From: Mycolicibacterium smegmatis
GTDB taxonomy: Bacteria > Actinomycetota > Actinomycetes > Mycobacteriales > Mycobacteriaceae
DNA: 32,000 nucleotides
Reading direction: 5' to 3'
Assembly: GCF_001457595.1 (NCBI RefSeq)
Contig: NZ_LN831039.1
Coordinates: 6,840,001 to 6,872,000, forward strand
The position numbers were made by a program, and so were the translations under genes. The notes under the pieces are model-generated. The model did no database searches and was not told where the DNA came from. It saw nothing but the letters and a program-made list of their open reading frames with translations. Below are positions 29,847-32,000 of the stretch, one piece after another. Each line of letters begins with the position of its first letter. The stretch's first letter is position 1.

Positions 29847-31529
29847 GTGTACCAGCAGGTTCTCGATCCGGTCGTCAACTCGCTCGCCTGGAGTGCAGCG
29901 GTTGCCGCCATCCCACTCCTTCTGCTGTTCGTACTGCTCGGTGTCTTCAAGATGACGGCCTGGAAGGCATCGCTCATCTCGCTGGCCGTCAGCATCGCGG
30001 TTGCCGTACTCGTCTACGGGATGCCGATAGGACAGTCCCTGTTGGCGGCCTCCGAGGGCGCGGCCTTCGGGTTCTTTCCGATCCTGTGGATCGTGATCAA
30101 CGCGATCTGGGTTTACCAGATGACCGTCGAGACAGGCCATTTCGATGTGCTACGGCGCTCCTTCAGCTCCATCAGCGACGACCAGCGCATCCAGGCCATC
30201 ATCATCACGTTCTCGTTCGGGGCCTTGCTCGAGGCGCTCGCCGGCTTCGGCACACCCGTGGCGGTCACGTCGGTGATGCTGATGGCCCTGGGCTTCCAGC
30301 CCTTGAAGGCTGCCGTGCTGGCGCTGGTCGCCAATACCGCGCCGGTGGCCTTCGGCGCGATGGCCACGCCGATCATCACGCTGGGCAAGGTCACCGAATT
30401 GGATTTCGACACACTCGGTGCGATGGTCGGCCGGCAGACACCGATCCTCGCGGTGTTCGTCCCGCTGGCGCTCGTGGCAATCGTCGACGGGCGCCGCGGC
30501 ATGCGCGCGGTATGGCCTGCGGCAGTGGTCTGTGGCGTGGTGTTCGCCGTCGCACAGTACGCCACATCGAACTTCCTCTCGGTGCCACTGGCCGACGTGG
30601 TGGCTTCGCTGGCATCGGCCGCCGCGGTGGTCGCGCTGGTCCGGGTGTGGCAACCCGCCAACACGTACACCGAAGTCGCCGAGCCTGCCGCGGTCACCAC
30701 GCATACCGGACCGCCGCCGCACGGCCGCAGTGGCGGCACGGGCGGCAGTGCGGACCTTCCCGAGCCAGATCAGAACGTCGAGGACGCCCGCGCCGACGTC
30801 GTCAAGGCGTACGCACCCTACGGGATCATCATCGGCGTCTTCGTGATCTGCCAGATCCCCGCGGTCAAAAGCCTTCTCGATTCGGCGACGTTCGCAGGGA
30901 ATTGGCCGGGTCTCAACGTGGTCGACGTCAACGGCGATCCGTCGTCGATGACGAAATTCACCCTGAACCTGCTGACCACTCCCGGCACGCAGATGCTCTT
31001 CGCGGGTGTGCTCACGATGGTCGCACTCAAACTGTCGGTGTCACGAGCGGCCAGGGCCTACTGGACGACGCTGCACCAATTGCGCTGGGCGATCCTCACC
31101 GTCATGGCGGTGCTCGCACTCGCATTCGTGATGAATCTGTCCGGTCAGACGATCACGCTCGGCACCTTCATGGCCGCCGCGGGCGGGGCGTTCGCATTGC
31201 TGTCGCCCATCCTGGGCTGGCTCGGGGTGGCCGTCACCGGATCGGACACCTCCGCGAACTCACTGTTCGGCGCGCTTCAGGTGACCGCCGCGTACCAGGC
31301 CGGCCTGTCGGATGTTCTGATGGCCGCCTCGAACAGTTCCGGTGGCGTCCTGGGCAAGATGGTCTCGCCGCAGAACCTTGCCATCGCGGCCGCGGCAGTC
31401 GGCCTCAACGGCAGGGAAGGCGACATCTTCCGTCGGGTGGTCCTGTGGAGTCTCGGTTTCCTGGTCCTGCTGTGCGCGTTGACGGCGCTGCAATCCTCAC
31501 CCGTGCTGTCGTGGATGGTGCCGTCCTGA
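29847..31529 (+). CDS. lldP: L-lactate permease (LctP family)
   Basis: 560 aa. The family-typical N-terminus is AAIPLLLLFVLLGVFKMTAWKASLISL...AFGFFPILWIVINAIWVYQMTVETGHF, and there are at least 12 TM segments. The start is GTG. Confidence 0.9.
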   Translation: MYQQVLDPVVNSLAWSAAVAAIPLLLLFVLLGVFKMTAWKASLISLAVSIAVAVLVYGMPIGQSLLAASEGAAFGFFPILWIVINAIWVYQMTVETGHFDVLRRSFSSISDDQRIQAIIITFSFGALLEALAGFGTPVAVTSVMLMALGFQPLKAAVLALVANTAPVAFGAMATPIITLGKVTELDFDTLGAMVGRQTPILAVFVPLALVAIVDGRRGMRAVWPAAVVCGVVFAVAQYATSNFLSVPLADVVASLASAAAVVALVRVWQPANTYTEVAEPAAVTTHTGPPPHGRSGGTGGSADLPEPDQNVEDARADVVKAYAPYGIIIGVFVICQIPAVKSLLDSATFAGNWPGLNVVDVNGDPSSMTKFTLNLLTTPGTQMLFAGVLTMVALKLSVSRAARAYWTTLHQLRWAILTVMAVLALAFVMNLSGQTITLGTFMAAAGGAFALLSPILGWLGVAVTGSDTSANSLFGALQVTAAYQAGLSDVLMAASNSSGGVLGKMVSPQNLAIAAAAVGLNGREGDIFRRVVLWSLGFLVLLCALTALQSSPVLSWMVPS

Positions 31530-31656
31530 TCCGGGCTGCTACTTCGGGTATGTGCCGCACCGCTTCTCAACCGCGTCACCGACGTCGAGCAGTCCTGTGT
31601 GGTTCACCGCGGCCTCAGGTAGCCATTCGCCACCCATCGAACCCTCGGATGACCGG

Positions 31657-32000
31657 TCAGGCGATTCCGGTAGGAGCACCGAGCGCAGCGTGCAGTTGGT
31701 TACGTCTGGTGATCCCCAGTTTGGGAAACACCTTGTAGAGATGGGCGGCCACGGTGCGGTGCGACAGGTAGATGCGGTCTGCGATCTCCCGGTTCGTCAT
31801 CCCCGCCGCGGCCATCTGAGCGATCTGCAGTTCCTGCGGGGTGAGGGCGCCGGCATCGGCACCAGAGTGGGTACCCGGTCGAGGCGCCGAGGTGACCCCG
31901 GCGGCCCGCAGTTCGGCAGCCGCGCGCTCGGCAAAAGGTACCGCGCCCGCTCTGTCGAAGGCGGTCAAAGCGGCCGAAAGGTGCACGCGTGCGTCCACGA
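31657..32000 (-). CDS. LuxR-family transcriptional regulator, C-terminal part (gene continues beyond the window)
   Basis: The C-terminal HTH is LTPQELQIAQMAAAGMTNREIADRIYLSHRTVAAHLYKVFPKLGI. The preceding helical repeats suggest a large LAL/MalT-like regulator. The 5' end lies outside the window. Confidence 0.8.
   Translation of the reverse strand, partial: VDARVHLSAALTAFDRAGAVPFAERAAAELRAAGVTSAPRPGTHSGADAGALTPQELQIAQMAAAGMTNREIADRIYLSHRTVAAHLYKVFPKLGITRRNQLHAALGAPTGIA

Noticed and set aside
28830-30140. The upstream roughly 430 codons of the 606-aa minus-strand ORF (28320-30140), which could be read as a large novel protein fused to the MarR domain.
   Set aside because: This part is Arg/Gly/Pro/Asp-rich and low in complexity, with no recognisable motifs. 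It runs antisense to two well-supported plus-strand genes, the CPBP protease and the L-lactate permease. Only the last 169 codons look like a real (MarR) protein. This is a typical high-GC antisense artefact.
1-32000. A search for CRISPR arrays, tRNA or rRNA genes, IS elements, integrases, prophage genes and long direct or terminal inverted repeats.
   Set aside because: I found none. The intergenic regions are short (the largest is 287 bp), no cloverleaf-like sequence or repeat-spacer periodicity is visible, and no transposase- or integrase-like ORFs are present. The only AT-rich patches are short operator or promoter-like sites.

Overview
High-GC (roughly two-thirds G+C by eye) actinobacterial chromosome segment that looks mycobacteria-like: frequent GTG starts, GTGA/ATGA stop-start overlaps, lipobox and Tat signals, an Rv2525c-like DUF1906 protein and a SigJ/ECF41-type sigma factor. 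It is densely coding, with about 28 genes. I found no rRNA, tRNA, CRISPR array, IS element or integrase, and no obvious compositional island. Many long ORFs in the six-frame track are antisense or alternative-frame artefacts of the GC bias, and several true genes start well inside the listed ORFs. Contents in order: (1) a six-gene, translationally coupled minus-strand sugar-uptake operon (SBP, permease, ATPase, PfkB kinase, P-loop FrcK-like kinase, LacI) with tandem LacI-type operators upstream; (2) a class-C-like serine hydrolase lipoprotein; (3) a TetR plus UvrA-paralogue operon, divergent from a three-gene cassette (7-TM AveC-like membrane protein, CbbQ/NorQ AAA+ ATPase, NorD/CbbO-like VWA protein); (4) an MpaB/DUF2236 oxygenase-family gene; (5) a disrupted MHS-type MFS transporter; (6) an amidohydrolase-2 gene divergent from a MarR gene, then a Tat-exported DUF1906 protein; (7) a stand-alone molybdopterin oxidoreductase; (8) an NDH-2-like flavoprotein plus ECF41 sigma operon, divergent from a PfkB-family kinase plus surE; (9) a secreted coiled-coil LAS/M15-type peptidase divergent from a class-A-like serine hydrolase lipoprotein; (10) an SDR, a second MarR and a CPBP protease; (11) an L-lactate permease; (12) the 3' end of a LuxR-family regulator. 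The most unusual feature is the TetR-centred divergon. It pairs a UvrB-binding-domain-less UvrA paralogue with a Q/D-type AAA+/VWA remodelling pair whose only plausible client is an uncharacterised polytopic membrane protein. All family assignments come from motif recognition by eye and need HMM or BLAST confirmation.
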